A program made the translations under genes and the position numbers. From Calditrichota bacterium (GTDB taxonomy: Bacteria; Calditrichota; Calditrichia; Calditrichales; J004), in the NCBI GenBank assembly GCA_003696775.1, contig RFFS01000116.1:1-57694 (forward strand): a DNA stretch of 57,694 nucleotides, in the 5' to 3' direction. Position 1 is the stretch's first letter; each line of letters begins with the position of its first letter. Shown in pieces: positions 36,501-45,228 of this stretch. The notes under the pieces are model-generated. The model saw only the letters and a program-made list of their open reading frames with translations, was not told the DNA's origin and did not search any database.

Positions 36501-37619
36501 ATGCAGAATATCACCTCAATTGTAAAACAATTTAGCATCGGCTTCATACCGATTCTTCTTTTTTTAGTGGCGGAATCCCTTTATGGTGTCAAAACGGGTT
36601 TGCTGGTGGCCATGGTGTTCAGCGTGGGCGAATTGCTTTATTTATGGCTGCGTTATCGTAAGGTGGATGCTTTTATACTGGTGGACGTGGGGTTGCTGTT
36701 GGCCCTGGCCGGCGTTTCCGTGTTAATGAAAAGCGATTGGTTGTTTAAGCTTAAACCGGCCATTATGGAATTTATTCTGGTGTTGGTTCTGGCCGTACAT
36801 GGTTTTACACGTCATCCCGTGCTGTTGTGGATGATGCGTCGATATATGCGCGGCATGACCTTCGGGCCCGATCAGCAGGCGGTGTTGGTCACCATGGCCC
36901 GTTTTTTAAGTATTTTGTTTTTGATACATACGCTGCTGATCGTTTGGTCGGCTTTTTATGCTTCGGACGCGGTTTGGGCGTTTATTTCCGGCGGCTTGTT
37001 TTATGTAATCATGGCGGCGGTGTTTGTCGGGCAATGGTTTTGGATGCGACGCAAGGCCGCCCGGGCGCATATGGCTGAAGAATGGTTTGATCTGGTGGAT
37101 AGCCGGGGGCGCGTGGTGGGGCGCGCGCCGCGCAGCCGGGTGCATGGTCATCCGAAATATATGCATCCCGTTGTGCATCTGCATGTTGTGGACGGTCGCG
37201 GCCGCTTGCTGCTTCAAAAACGGTCGGAAGCCAAGGATTTATACGGTGGCTACTGGGATACGGCCGTGGGCGGCCACGTACACAGCGGGGAAAGCATTCC
37301 CGACGCCTTGTTGCGGGAAACCCGGGAAGAACTGGGGATCGACGCCCGTCCGGCACAACCATTATGGCGCTACGTGATGCGTAACGATTACGAGAGTGAA
37401 CTGGTGCATGTTTTTATCATGCGGCATGACGGGCCGTTTTCGTTTGACAGGGAAGAAATCGATGATGTGCGATTCTGGATGCCGGAGGATATTACACCCG
37501 ATGAGGCACAGCATACGTTTACGCCCGTATTGCTGGAAGAATTGAAGATGCTGCGGAAGGAAGGCGTGTGGCCCGTGCGGAAACAGGCGGCCTCCCGTAA
37601 AAAAAGGAAAAAGCGATGA
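36501..37619 (+). CDS. Fusion of a YciB/IspZ-like membrane domain and a Nudix (IDI-like fold) domain
   Basis: Five to six TM segments with FKLKPAI and W.F..GG; perfect Nudix box GHVHSGESIPDALLRETREELGI. Start placed at ATG 36501. Confidence 0.8.
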   Translation: MQNITSIVKQFSIGFIPILLFLVAESLYGVKTGLLVAMVFSVGELLYLWLRYRKVDAFILVDVGLLLALAGVSVLMKSDWLFKLKPAIMEFILVLVLAVHGFTRHPVLLWMMRRYMRGMTFGPDQQAVLVTMARFLSILFLIHTLLIVWSAFYASDAVWAFISGGLFYVIMAAVFVGQWFWMRRKAARAHMAEEWFDLVDSRGRVVGRAPRSRVHGHPKYMHPVVHLHVVDGRGRLLLQKRSEAKDLYGGYWDTAVGGHVHSGESIPDALLRETREELGIDARPAQPLWRYVMRNDYESELVHVFIMRHDGPFSFDREEIDDVRFWMPEDITPDEAQHTFTPVLLEELKMLRKEGVWPVRKQAASRKKRKKR

Positions 37620-38257
37620 ATCGCCGCTTTGACAGGCGTTTTTGGGATGAAGGCATCCGCTATTTATGCGGCGTGGATGAGGCCGGACGGGGGCCGCTGG
37701 CCGGGCCGGTGGTGGCGGCGGCGGTTATCATGCCGCAGGAGCCCCGTATTAACGGTGTGGAAGATTCCAAAAAATTGAACGCCGTCCAAAGAGAAAAGCT
37801 GGAAAAGAAAATCCGGGAACGGGCCATAAGCTGGGCGGTGGGGGTGGCCTCGGTGCAAGAGATTGAACAGATCAATATTTTGCAGGCCACTTTCCGCGCC
37901 ATGCGACGGGCGGTGGCCCAACTGCAACCCGCGCCCCGTTATGTGCTGGTTGATGGTCGGGATTTCCCCCGATTTGAGAGGGAATCTCGGGTGCTGCCGG
38001 GCGAGGCGGTTATCGGCGGGGACGGGCGATCTTACTCGATTGCCTGTGCTTCCATTCTGGCCAAGGTGCATCGCGACGCGCTGATGATTCGATTGGCGGA
38101 AGAATATCCGGTGTATGGGTTTGAACGTCATAAAGGATACGCTTCCCGGGAGCATATTGCCGCCATAAAAGCACACGGCCCGGCGCCCTGTCACCGGCGG
38201 AAGTTTATACGTCGTTTTGTTGAACAAAGCCATGACGGCCAGCAATCGTTGTTTTAA
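37616..38257 (+). CDS. rnhB: Ribonuclease HII
   Basis: GVDEAGRGPLAGPV, DSKKL, VDG, SIA.ASILAKV.RD, HKGY. Confidence 0.96.
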   Translation: MNRRFDRRFWDEGIRYLCGVDEAGRGPLAGPVVAAAVIMPQEPRINGVEDSKKLNAVQREKLEKKIRERAISWAVGVASVQEIEQINILQATFRAMRRAVAQLQPAPRYVLVDGRDFPRFERESRVLPGEAVIGGDGRSYSIACASILAKVHRDALMIRLAEEYPVYGFERHKGYASREHIAAIKAHGPAPCHRRKFIRRFVEQSHDGQQSLF

Positions 38258-38302
38258 TGGCGCCTGTTGTGTACTTTCAGGCGATTTACACGGAAAAGAA
38301 CA

Positions 38303-38869
38303 ATGGGCGAACAACGCAAACATATCATCCTGAACGGTTTTATGGGCGTGGGCAAAAGCCGTGTGGGGCGTCATCTCGCCGCGACCCTGAACCGTCCCTT
38401 TGTGGATACGGACGCGTTGGTGGAGCAACGCACGGGCAGCACCATTCGCGAACTATTTGATACGCGCGGCGAAGCGTTTTTCCGTGAAAGGGAACGGGAC
38501 GTATGCCGGGAAGTGTTCGGAGAGCAGACCCCCTCGATAATCTCAACCGGCGGTGGCGCCCTGATGCATCCGGTTCTGTTGGAAGAAGCGCGGCGTTCGG
38601 GATGGGTGGTGTTCCTGCAAAGCGCCCCTCAAACCATCTTGCAACGGGTGAAGTCCAATCGTAAACGTCCGTTGCTGGATATTGAACCGCAAGGGGATTA
38701 CGAACAGGCCCTGTTACGCCATATCGAAAACATGCTGAAGGAACGTCAGACCATGTATCTTAAATCGCATTTTACCATTCAGCGGGACGGCATGGAGGCG
38801 GAAGAAACCGCCCGAATGATTTTGGAATACATTTCACTACTCGATAAGGAATTTATAACACAGTCATGA
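38303..38869 (+). CDS. aroK: Shikimate kinase
   Basis: GFMGVGKS Walker A, DTD, GE..FR..E, TGGG, RPLL; ATG 38303. Confidence 0.93.
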   Translation: MGEQRKHIILNGFMGVGKSRVGRHLAATLNRPFVDTDALVEQRTGSTIRELFDTRGEAFFRERERDVCREVFGEQTPSIISTGGGALMHPVLLEEARRSGWVVFLQSAPQTILQRVKSNRKRPLLDIEPQGDYEQALLRHIENMLKERQTMYLKSHFTIQRDGMEAEETARMILEYISLLDKEFITQS

Positions 38870-39957
38870 AACCCCACTCTGTCATCACAGTCCAACTTCC
38901 GCAACAGGCCTATGATATCCATTACGGCCCCGGTTTGCTTGAACAGGCCGGCCGGCTGATACCGGAACCGGAAAAATATCGTCAGGTCGCCCTGATTACC
39001 CATCCCCGTCTGTATCGTTTATACGGAGCCGCTTTAATGGATAACCTGCCCGCCGATGAAAAAACGGTGATCGAACTGCCGGAAGGCGAAACATCCAAAA
39101 GCGCGGAAACTTTGATGACCCTTTACACCCGACTGTTGGAGGCGCGATTTGAACGCGGCGCTCTGATCATTGCCCTGGGCGGTGGTGTGATCGGTGATGT
39201 GGCGGGTTACGCGGCGGCCACCTATTTACGTGGCGTCGCCCTGGTACAGTGTCCCACCACGTTGCTGGCCCAGGTAGATAGCAGCATAGGCGGGAAAACG
39301 GGCATCAATCATCCGCTTGGTAAAAACCTGATCGGCGCCTTTAAACAACCTTTGTGCGTGCTGGCCGATACGGATGTGTTGCGTACCCTGCCCGACGCGG
39401 AAATCCGGTGTGGTATGGGCGAAGTGCTTAAATACGGTTTTATCGGCCCGGCAGAGTGGCCGGTTTATCTTGAAAATCATCTCGGGGAAGCCCTCAACGG
39501 GGATATCGACGTGTTAACCCGACTGGTGGGCGATTCGGCCCGGCAGAAAGCGCGGGTGGTGGAGCAGGATGAAAAAGAAAGCGGCCTGCGCATGATTTTG
39601 AATTTCGGTCATACCTTCGGGCACGCGCTCGAGGCGGAGTTTGCCTACGGCGGATTGAAACACGGGGAAGCGGTAATTCTCGGCATGCGTTGCGCCCTGT
39701 GGTACGCGCGGGAAGAAGGTTTTATGAACGCGGATGATTATGCGCGGGGGATGGCGTTATTGAATCGCGTGCCCGTCGCTTACGATGCGCGACGGATTGA
39801 TCCGGAGAAGCTCTGGCAGCGTATGTTGCTGGATAAAAAGGTGAAAGGCGGGGCCGTGCGCCTTATTTTGGTGGATAAGCCGGGTGTCTGGCGGTTGCAT
39901 CCCGCGGATCCACAACGCGTGAAAATGGCTTTTGAAAGCCTGCGGGCCGGGATATGA
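38866..39957 (+). CDS. aroB: 3-dehydroquinate synthase
   Basis: GE..K, GGGV.GD, PTTLLAQVDSSIGGKTG, LNFGHTFGHA.E, HGEAV, DKK. Confidence 0.97.
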   Translation: MKPHSVITVQLPQQAYDIHYGPGLLEQAGRLIPEPEKYRQVALITHPRLYRLYGAALMDNLPADEKTVIELPEGETSKSAETLMTLYTRLLEARFERGALIIALGGGVIGDVAGYAAATYLRGVALVQCPTTLLAQVDSSIGGKTGINHPLGKNLIGAFKQPLCVLADTDVLRTLPDAEIRCGMGEVLKYGFIGPAEWPVYLENHLGEALNGDIDVLTRLVGDSARQKARVVEQDEKESGLRMILNFGHTFGHALEAEFAYGGLKHGEAVILGMRCALWYAREEGFMNADDYARGMALLNRVPVAYDARRIDPEKLWQRMLLDKKVKGGAVRLILVDKPGVWRLHPADPQRVKMAFESLRAGI

Positions 39958-40050
39958 AACCAACATTATTTGTCATTGGAATAACAGTCGGTTAATATTT
40001 GTACGGATATATATATTAACATCGGGAAATGATCATAATCAGGGGAAGCC

Positions 40051-40485
40051 ATGCGTATTCTTGTCATAAACGGACCGAATTTAAATTTGCTGGGCCGGCG
40101 CGAGCCGGATGTCTATGGGCACGCCTCGCTCGAGGAAGTCAACGCTTTTATCCGCGGATATTTTAAAAAGACGGAAATCGATTTCTTTCAGTCTAATCAT
40201 GAAGGCGCCATATTGGACAAGCTGCATGCCGCATCCGAAGTTTATGACGGTATCGTGATCAATCCCGGCGCGTTAACCCATTACGCGTATGCCCTGCACG
40301 ATGCCATCAAGGCGATACGGCCGCCGGTGATGGAGGTACATTTAAGTAATATCCACGCCCGTGAATCCTTTCGGACGCAATCGGTGGTGGCCCCGGTCGC
40401 CCGGGGCACGATCAGCGGGCTGGGGCCCTACGGTTACGTGTTGGCCATCCGTGCGCTGGTTCATTTCGCTAAAAAAGGAAACTGA
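40051..40485 (+). CDS. aroQ: Type II 3-dehydroquinate dehydratase
   Basis: NGPNLNLLGRREP.VYG, QSNHEG, NPGALTH, EVHLSNI..RE.FR. Confidence 0.97.
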   Translation: MRILVINGPNLNLLGRREPDVYGHASLEEVNAFIRGYFKKTEIDFFQSNHEGAILDKLHAASEVYDGIVINPGALTHYAYALHDAIKAIRPPVMEVHLSNIHARESFRTQSVVAPVARGTISGLGPYGYVLAIRALVHFAKKGN

Positions 40486-40488
40486 CCG

Positions 40489-41943
40489 GTGTCCGTTAAA
40501 AATGCTCTTGTCAACCTGACCCGTCATTCCTACATCTATACCATCAGTACCTTTGTCCAGCGCATGCTCGGCCTGATCATGACGCCGGTATATACCGTTT
40601 ATCTGGCCCGTGAAACCTATGGCGATTATTCCCTGCTTTATGCCTTCATGGCCTTTATGAATGTGGTCTATCTGTATGGCATGGATGTGGCCTTTATGCG
40701 TTTTTATTACAGTGATCGTTTCAAAAAGGAAGATGTGTATGCTTCCGCCTTTTGGGCGGTGGGGGGCGGCGCCCTGCTGCTTTCCCTGCTTATCCATGGC
40801 CAGGCGCCGTACTTATCCCGTGTTATCTTTTCCGATGCCACGTATGAATGGCCGGTTCGGTTGGCGGCGCTTATTCTCTTTCTGGATACATTCAGCAATA
40901 TGCCGTATCTCATCCTGCGCGTGCAGGAGCGCTCCGTGGCCTATTCCGTGGCGCGCATCCTGCGTTTTGCCGTGGAATTATCGCTCAACATCTGGTTTGT
41001 GGTGGTACAAAAAGAAGGCTTTTTAGGCATTCTTTACGCCAACGCTTTGGCCAGCGCCATCAACATCCTCATACTATTGCCCATTCAGTGGCGGTATCTC
41101 AAGGGGCGGTTCAACGCCGCCGCTTTTAAGGAAATGGCCCGTTTCGGATTGCCGCTTATTCCCAACGGTCTGGCCTATCTTGTTATCGAGATGAGTGATA
41201 AATTTTTGATGGATCGCTTTCTGGACAGGGAAACCCTTGGCATATACGCCGCCAATTATAAGTTCGGTACCATTCTGCTATTTCTGGTTTCCGCTTTCCG
41301 TACCGCCTGGCAGCCCTTTATGATGAAAACCGCCCGCGAAATAAACGCCCGAACGGTGTTTGCCCGTGTGATGACCTATTTTACACTGATGGGCGTGGTG
41401 ATGGTGGTGGCGGTCTCGTTTTTGTTACAAGATATATTGACCCTTAAGGTTACCGATACCTTTTCCCTTTTGGGCGAACGGTATTGGCCGGGCATTCCGG
41501 TCATACCCATTATACTCACCTCGTATCTGTTTTACGGATTTTATGTGAATTTTACGGCCGGGGTTTATATTCTTAAACGCACCCGACTGATGTTTTTGTT
41601 TACAGGCGCCGGCGCCGTGGTAAATATCGGCAGCAACTTTTGGCTGATGCCCGCATACGGCATGATGGGCGCTGCCTGGGCCACACTGCTCAGCTACCTG
41701 GTGATGGCCGTTCTGTTGTGGGGCTATAATCAGCGTATTTATCCCATTCCGTATGAATACGGCCGAATTACAGGACTTTTGGTCATTCTCGTGGCGTTTT
41801 TAGGGGTTTACTATATTTTTGAACCGGGCCTGTTATATCGTCTGGCGCTGTTGGTCGGGTTTGCCGCTGTGTTATACATGGGCGGTTATCTGAACAAAAC
41901 GGTCGTGGGGCAGGTTCAATCTGTGTTGCGGTTTAAAAAATGA
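40489..41943 (+). CDS. MOP-superfamily (Wzx-like) oligosaccharide flippase
   Basis: About 13-14 TM segments; P.YT..L....YG, FGLP, D......LG.Y, P.YG..GAAWA motifs. Confidence 0.8.
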   Translation: MSVKNALVNLTRHSYIYTISTFVQRMLGLIMTPVYTVYLARETYGDYSLLYAFMAFMNVVYLYGMDVAFMRFYYSDRFKKEDVYASAFWAVGGGALLLSLLIHGQAPYLSRVIFSDATYEWPVRLAALILFLDTFSNMPYLILRVQERSVAYSVARILRFAVELSLNIWFVVVQKEGFLGILYANALASAINILILLPIQWRYLKGRFNAAAFKEMARFGLPLIPNGLAYLVIEMSDKFLMDRFLDRETLGIYAANYKFGTILLFLVSAFRTAWQPFMMKTAREINARTVFARVMTYFTLMGVVMVVAVSFLLQDILTLKVTDTFSLLGERYWPGIPVIPIILTSYLFYGFYVNFTAGVYILKRTRLMFLFTGAGAVVNIGSNFWLMPAYGMMGAAWATLLSYLVMAVLLWGYNQRIYPIPYEYGRITGLLVILVAFLGVYYIFEPGLLYRLALLVGFAAVLYMGGYLNKTVVGQVQSVLRFKK

Positions 41944-42944
41944 TTGTTTTACGTTGGTTATTGTTGCCTTTTGCATTGCTCTATGGCGCGTTGTCAGCCC
42001 TGCGCCGCTTCTTATATGAAAAAGATGTATTAAGCGCCTGGTCGTGTCCGGTTCCGGTTGTTTCCGTGGGCAACCTGGCGGTGGGCGGTTCGGGTAAAAC
42101 CCCGGTGGTGATGTGGCTGGCGCGCGCCCTTACGGAACGCGGTTGGCGGGTGGCCATCGTCAGCAGGGGGTATAAGCGGCACAGTCGCGGACCGGTGTGG
42201 GTGTCTGACGGGGAAAACATCCTGGCCGATGTGCATGAAGCGGGTGATGAGCCATTGTTGCTGGCGCGCCGGTTGCCCGGTGTCCTTGTGGGTGTGGGGG
42301 AGAAGCGGCGGGAAATCATGCAGCGTATTTTGGACCAGGCCGGGGTGGATATCTTTCTGATGGACGACGGTTTTCAACATTTGCAGGTCCGTCGTGACCG
42401 GGACTGGGTGTTGCATGATTGCGCCGCCGCGTTCAGTGATCAATGGCCCATGCCCACGGGACGGATGCGTGGTTTTAGAAGTGAATTGAAGCGGGCGGAT
42501 CGCCTGCTGGATACATCCGGGCATGGTGCGTGCGGCGCCATACCCCTGCGTTTTGAAATCGACGCGTTTTATCTGGGCATAGATAATACGCCGGTGTCGC
42601 TTCAGACGGGTGCCATAGTCTGCTTGTTTACCACCATTGCCCGCCCGGAGCGCTTCAAAAAATCGATGGAACAATGCGGTTTGCGGGTTAGTGCGCATAT
42701 CGCTTTCCCCGACCATCATGATCTGACTGCGGCGGATATCCGCCGCGTGGCTGATGCCTTTGGCGCTTCGAAAGCGCGTTGGTTGGTTTGTACCGGCAAA
42801 GATTGGATTAAAATTTACGGAAATCCCGAATTGGAGAAGGCGTTCGGGGCGGCTGTCACACGTTGGTTGGTGACCACGCAAAAAGTGATCATTGAGCAGG
42901 AAAAAGTCCTGTTGGACGATGTGGAATCCTTAATGAAAAGATAA
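41940..42944 (+). CDS. lpxK: Tetraacyldisaccharide 4'-kinase
   Basis: VGNLAVGGSGKTP, SRGY, GDEP, DDGFQH, FPDHH, T.KD..K. Confidence 0.93.
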   Translation: MIVLRWLLLPFALLYGALSALRRFLYEKDVLSAWSCPVPVVSVGNLAVGGSGKTPVVMWLARALTERGWRVAIVSRGYKRHSRGPVWVSDGENILADVHEAGDEPLLLARRLPGVLVGVGEKRREIMQRILDQAGVDIFLMDDGFQHLQVRRDRDWVLHDCAAAFSDQWPMPTGRMRGFRSELKRADRLLDTSGHGACGAIPLRFEIDAFYLGIDNTPVSLQTGAIVCLFTTIARPERFKKSMEQCGLRVSAHIAFPDHHDLTAADIRRVADAFGASKARWLVCTGKDWIKIYGNPELEKAFGAAVTRWLVTTQKVIIEQEKVLLDDVESLMKR

Positions 42945-43021
42945 CGCGCCGGGCATGGTACCGGCGTCTCTTACAGTTGAGACGGTCCACTGAAATGAGC
43001 GAAAAAAACGTGAAATTATTA

Positions 43022-43050
43022 TTGACAGGTCAGAAAATCAGCCTTATATT
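43022..43050 (+). promoter_or_regulatory. Near-consensus sigma70 promoter of the tRNA pair
   Basis: TTGACA (43022-43027), 17 bp, TATATT (43045-43050); AT-rich upstream; 8 bp before the tRNA. Confidence 0.8.
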
Positions 43051-43058
43051 ATGCAGAT

Positions 43059-43132
<74 letters not shown>

Positions 43133-43139
43133 CTACAAA

Positions 43140-43171
43140 AGGTGATTCATTTTGAATCACCTCTTTTTTTT
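43140..43171 (+). terminator. Terminator-like hairpin between the two tRNAs
   Basis: Perfect 10-bp stem AGGTGATTCA/TGAATCACCT, TTT loop, then C and T8. Confidence 0.7.
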
Positions 43172-43245
43172 GGCGGCGTAGCTCAGTTGGTTAGAGCATC
43201 GGAATCATAATCCGAGTGTCCGGGGTTCGAGTCCCTGCGCCGCTA
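43172..43245 (+). tRNA. tRNA with CAT anticodon, most likely elongator tRNA-Met (Ile2 not excluded); CCA not encoded
   Basis: Cloverleaf GGCGGCG...CGCCGCT-A, anticodon arm TCGGA-ATCATAA-TCCGA, T-loop TTCGAGT. Confidence 0.9.
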
Positions 43246-43269
43246 CTTTTTATTTTTTAGGCCAGTTCC

Positions 43270-44673
43270 ATGACCATTCCTGCCCAAACCGATCCGGGTT
43301 TACATCCCCTTGAACGCCATGTTCTGACTTTTTTGCAATCCCGTTTATCCCTGAATGATACCGAATTGTTTGTGGCCGTTTCCGGTGGTCTGGATTCCAT
43401 GACGCTTTTGTATATTTTGCTGCGTTTGCATCAGGCCGGCTCGTTGCCGCGCCCCCGTGTTGTGCATGTGGATCATGCTATCCGCGGGGCGGATAGCGAT
43501 GCGGATGCCGAATGGGTGGCCGCCTTTTGCCGCCGGCATAAACTGGAATTGATCCGGCAACGGCTAAACTGGCCGCGGGAAAGTCCCCGGCCCGGAGAAG
43601 ATAAATTACGGGAGGCGCGTTACAAGGTCTTTGAAGATGTGTTAAAACATAGCGGGAATGGGGTGATGCTCACCGCCCATCATCTTGATGATCAACTGGA
43701 AACCGTTTTAATGCGCCTGTTCAGGGGCAGTCATCTGAGAGGGCTGGGCGGTATTCCCGCGCGGCGCGGCCCCTATTTGCGGCCATTACTGGACGTGTCC
43801 CGTAAGGAACTGGACGCTTACGCGCGTTTACATGCGATCCAATGGCGCGAGGATGCCAGTAACGCCGACACGCGGTATCTGCGCAATGCCATACGCCACA
43901 ATGTATTGCCGATTATCGCTCAACTTTTTGGGGATGATTTCCCAACCGGCATAAAAAAGAGCATCGCCGATATTCAGGCCGCCTGGCCGTTGCTGGAACG
44001 TTATAGTCTTTCCGTTTTTCAAGTCATGATTAGGCAGACCGGACGTTGGGCGGTTGTATCCATCCGGGACTATATGGGTCGGACGCCGTTGGAAAAAAGG
44101 CTCTTTTGGAACTATTGTTTTTCTTGCGTTTATCCCGTAACTTTTCAGGTTTCCGACACCTTTCTGGCTGAAGTGGAGCGTTTTCTGAAAAAAGCGACCA
44201 GTGGTAGAGAAATGCTGGTGGGAGGCCGGGTCACACTTTTTAAGGGGCGTCATCGTTTTGCATTACGTGATAACACTTTGACCGTACCCGCGGAGGTGAA
44301 ACTAAACCCCGGCGCGGACGTTAAGTGGGGAGCTTACCGGTTTACATCTTGCCTCGCCGGATATAAGGAATTTGAAAAAAGCGTCGAACCCGATACCTGT
44401 TTTGTGGACGGCGATGCGCTGACTTTCCCGCTGACGATCCGTTCCTGGCAAAAGGGCGACCGTTTCCGCCCGCTGGGCATGACGCATTTTAAAAAGGTGA
44501 GTGATTTTTTTACCGATATCAAACTCGATCCCTGGGAAAAAGAAACCGTTCCGGTTCTCATGTCCGGCAATGCTATTGTCTGGCTGGTCGGTTTGCGACT
44601 GGATGATCGTTATAAAATTACAAGGCATTCGAAAAGCGTTTATAAACTGAAAGTTGAGCAATTGAATGAATAA
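43270..44673 (+). CDS. tilS: tRNA(Ile)-lysidine synthetase
   Basis: AVSGGLDS PP-loop, HVDH, R..RY, TAHH.DDQ.ET, RPLL, D.SN...RN.IR; C-terminal R....GD domain. Confidence 0.95.
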   Translation: MTIPAQTDPGLHPLERHVLTFLQSRLSLNDTELFVAVSGGLDSMTLLYILLRLHQAGSLPRPRVVHVDHAIRGADSDADAEWVAAFCRRHKLELIRQRLNWPRESPRPGEDKLREARYKVFEDVLKHSGNGVMLTAHHLDDQLETVLMRLFRGSHLRGLGGIPARRGPYLRPLLDVSRKELDAYARLHAIQWREDASNADTRYLRNAIRHNVLPIIAQLFGDDFPTGIKKSIADIQAAWPLLERYSLSVFQVMIRQTGRWAVVSIRDYMGRTPLEKRLFWNYCFSCVYPVTFQVSDTFLAEVERFLKKATSGREMLVGGRVTLFKGRHRFALRDNTLTVPAEVKLNPGADVKWGAYRFTSCLAGYKEFEKSVEPDTCFVDGDALTFPLTIRSWQKGDRFRPLGMTHFKKVSDFFTDIKLDPWEKETVPVLMSGNAIVWLVGLRLDDRYKITRHSKSVYKLKVEQLNE

Positions 44674-45205
44674 TGAAAAACTGGCGCCGGAAAATTTTAA
44701 GGTTTTGATCAGCGAAGCCCGGATACAACAACGCCTGAGAGAATTGGGCGCCGAAATCAGTCGTGATTTTCAGGATTCCAAGCCCATCATGATCGGGATT
44801 CTGAACGGTGGTTTTATCTTTCTGGCCGATTTGATACGGCATATCGAAACCGATCTGGAAATCGATTTTATGCGCATATCAAGTTATGGGAATCATAAAG
44901 AGTCCACAGGTCATGTGAAAGTGCTCAAACCGTTAAGCGCGGATATCAACGGGCGGGATGTAATTGTTGTGGAAGATATTGTCGATTCGGGGTTGTCACT
45001 GCAATTCCTGGAAAAACTACTGAGCGCTTTCCGTCCCAATCGTCTGAAATTTGCCACCTTGCTGCATAAGCCTTCCAAAACACGGGTACCGGTTCGGTTG
45101 GATTATGTGGGTTTTGAAGTGGAAGATAAATATGTGGTGGGATATGGTCTGGACGAAGAGCAGTTGAAACGGAATCTGCGCCAGATATATGTTGTGAATG
45201 AATAA
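44666..45205 (+). CDS. hpt: Hypoxanthine phosphoribosyltransferase
   Basis: L.G..IF.ADL, SSY, VVEDIVDSG, VVGYGLD. Confidence 0.95.
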   Translation: MNNEKLAPENFKVLISEARIQQRLRELGAEISRDFQDSKPIMIGILNGGFIFLADLIRHIETDLEIDFMRISSYGNHKESTGHVKVLKPLSADINGRDVIVVEDIVDSGLSLQFLEKLLSAFRPNRLKFATLLHKPSKTRVPVRLDYVGFEVEDKYVVGYGLDEEQLKRNLRQIYVVNE

Positions 45206-45228
45206 TAAAACTATTTTAAGGATTTTCA

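Noticed and set aside
36501-37619. Calling the Nudix domain isopentenyl-diphosphate isomerase (idi)
   Set aside because: The catalytic Cys segment is replaced by AVGGH.
39994-40023. GTTAATAT...ATATTAAC inverted repeat upstream of aroQ
   Set aside because: 8-bp arms in a very AT-rich spacer; plausible by chance.
42947-42984. Two overlapping 6-bp hairpins after lpxK (CGCCGG/CCGGCG and CGTCTC/GAGACG)
   Set aside because: Short stems with no U-tract. The match to inverted type IIS restriction sites, also true of the 55632 hairpin, is best explained by chance; there is no other sign of engineered DNA.
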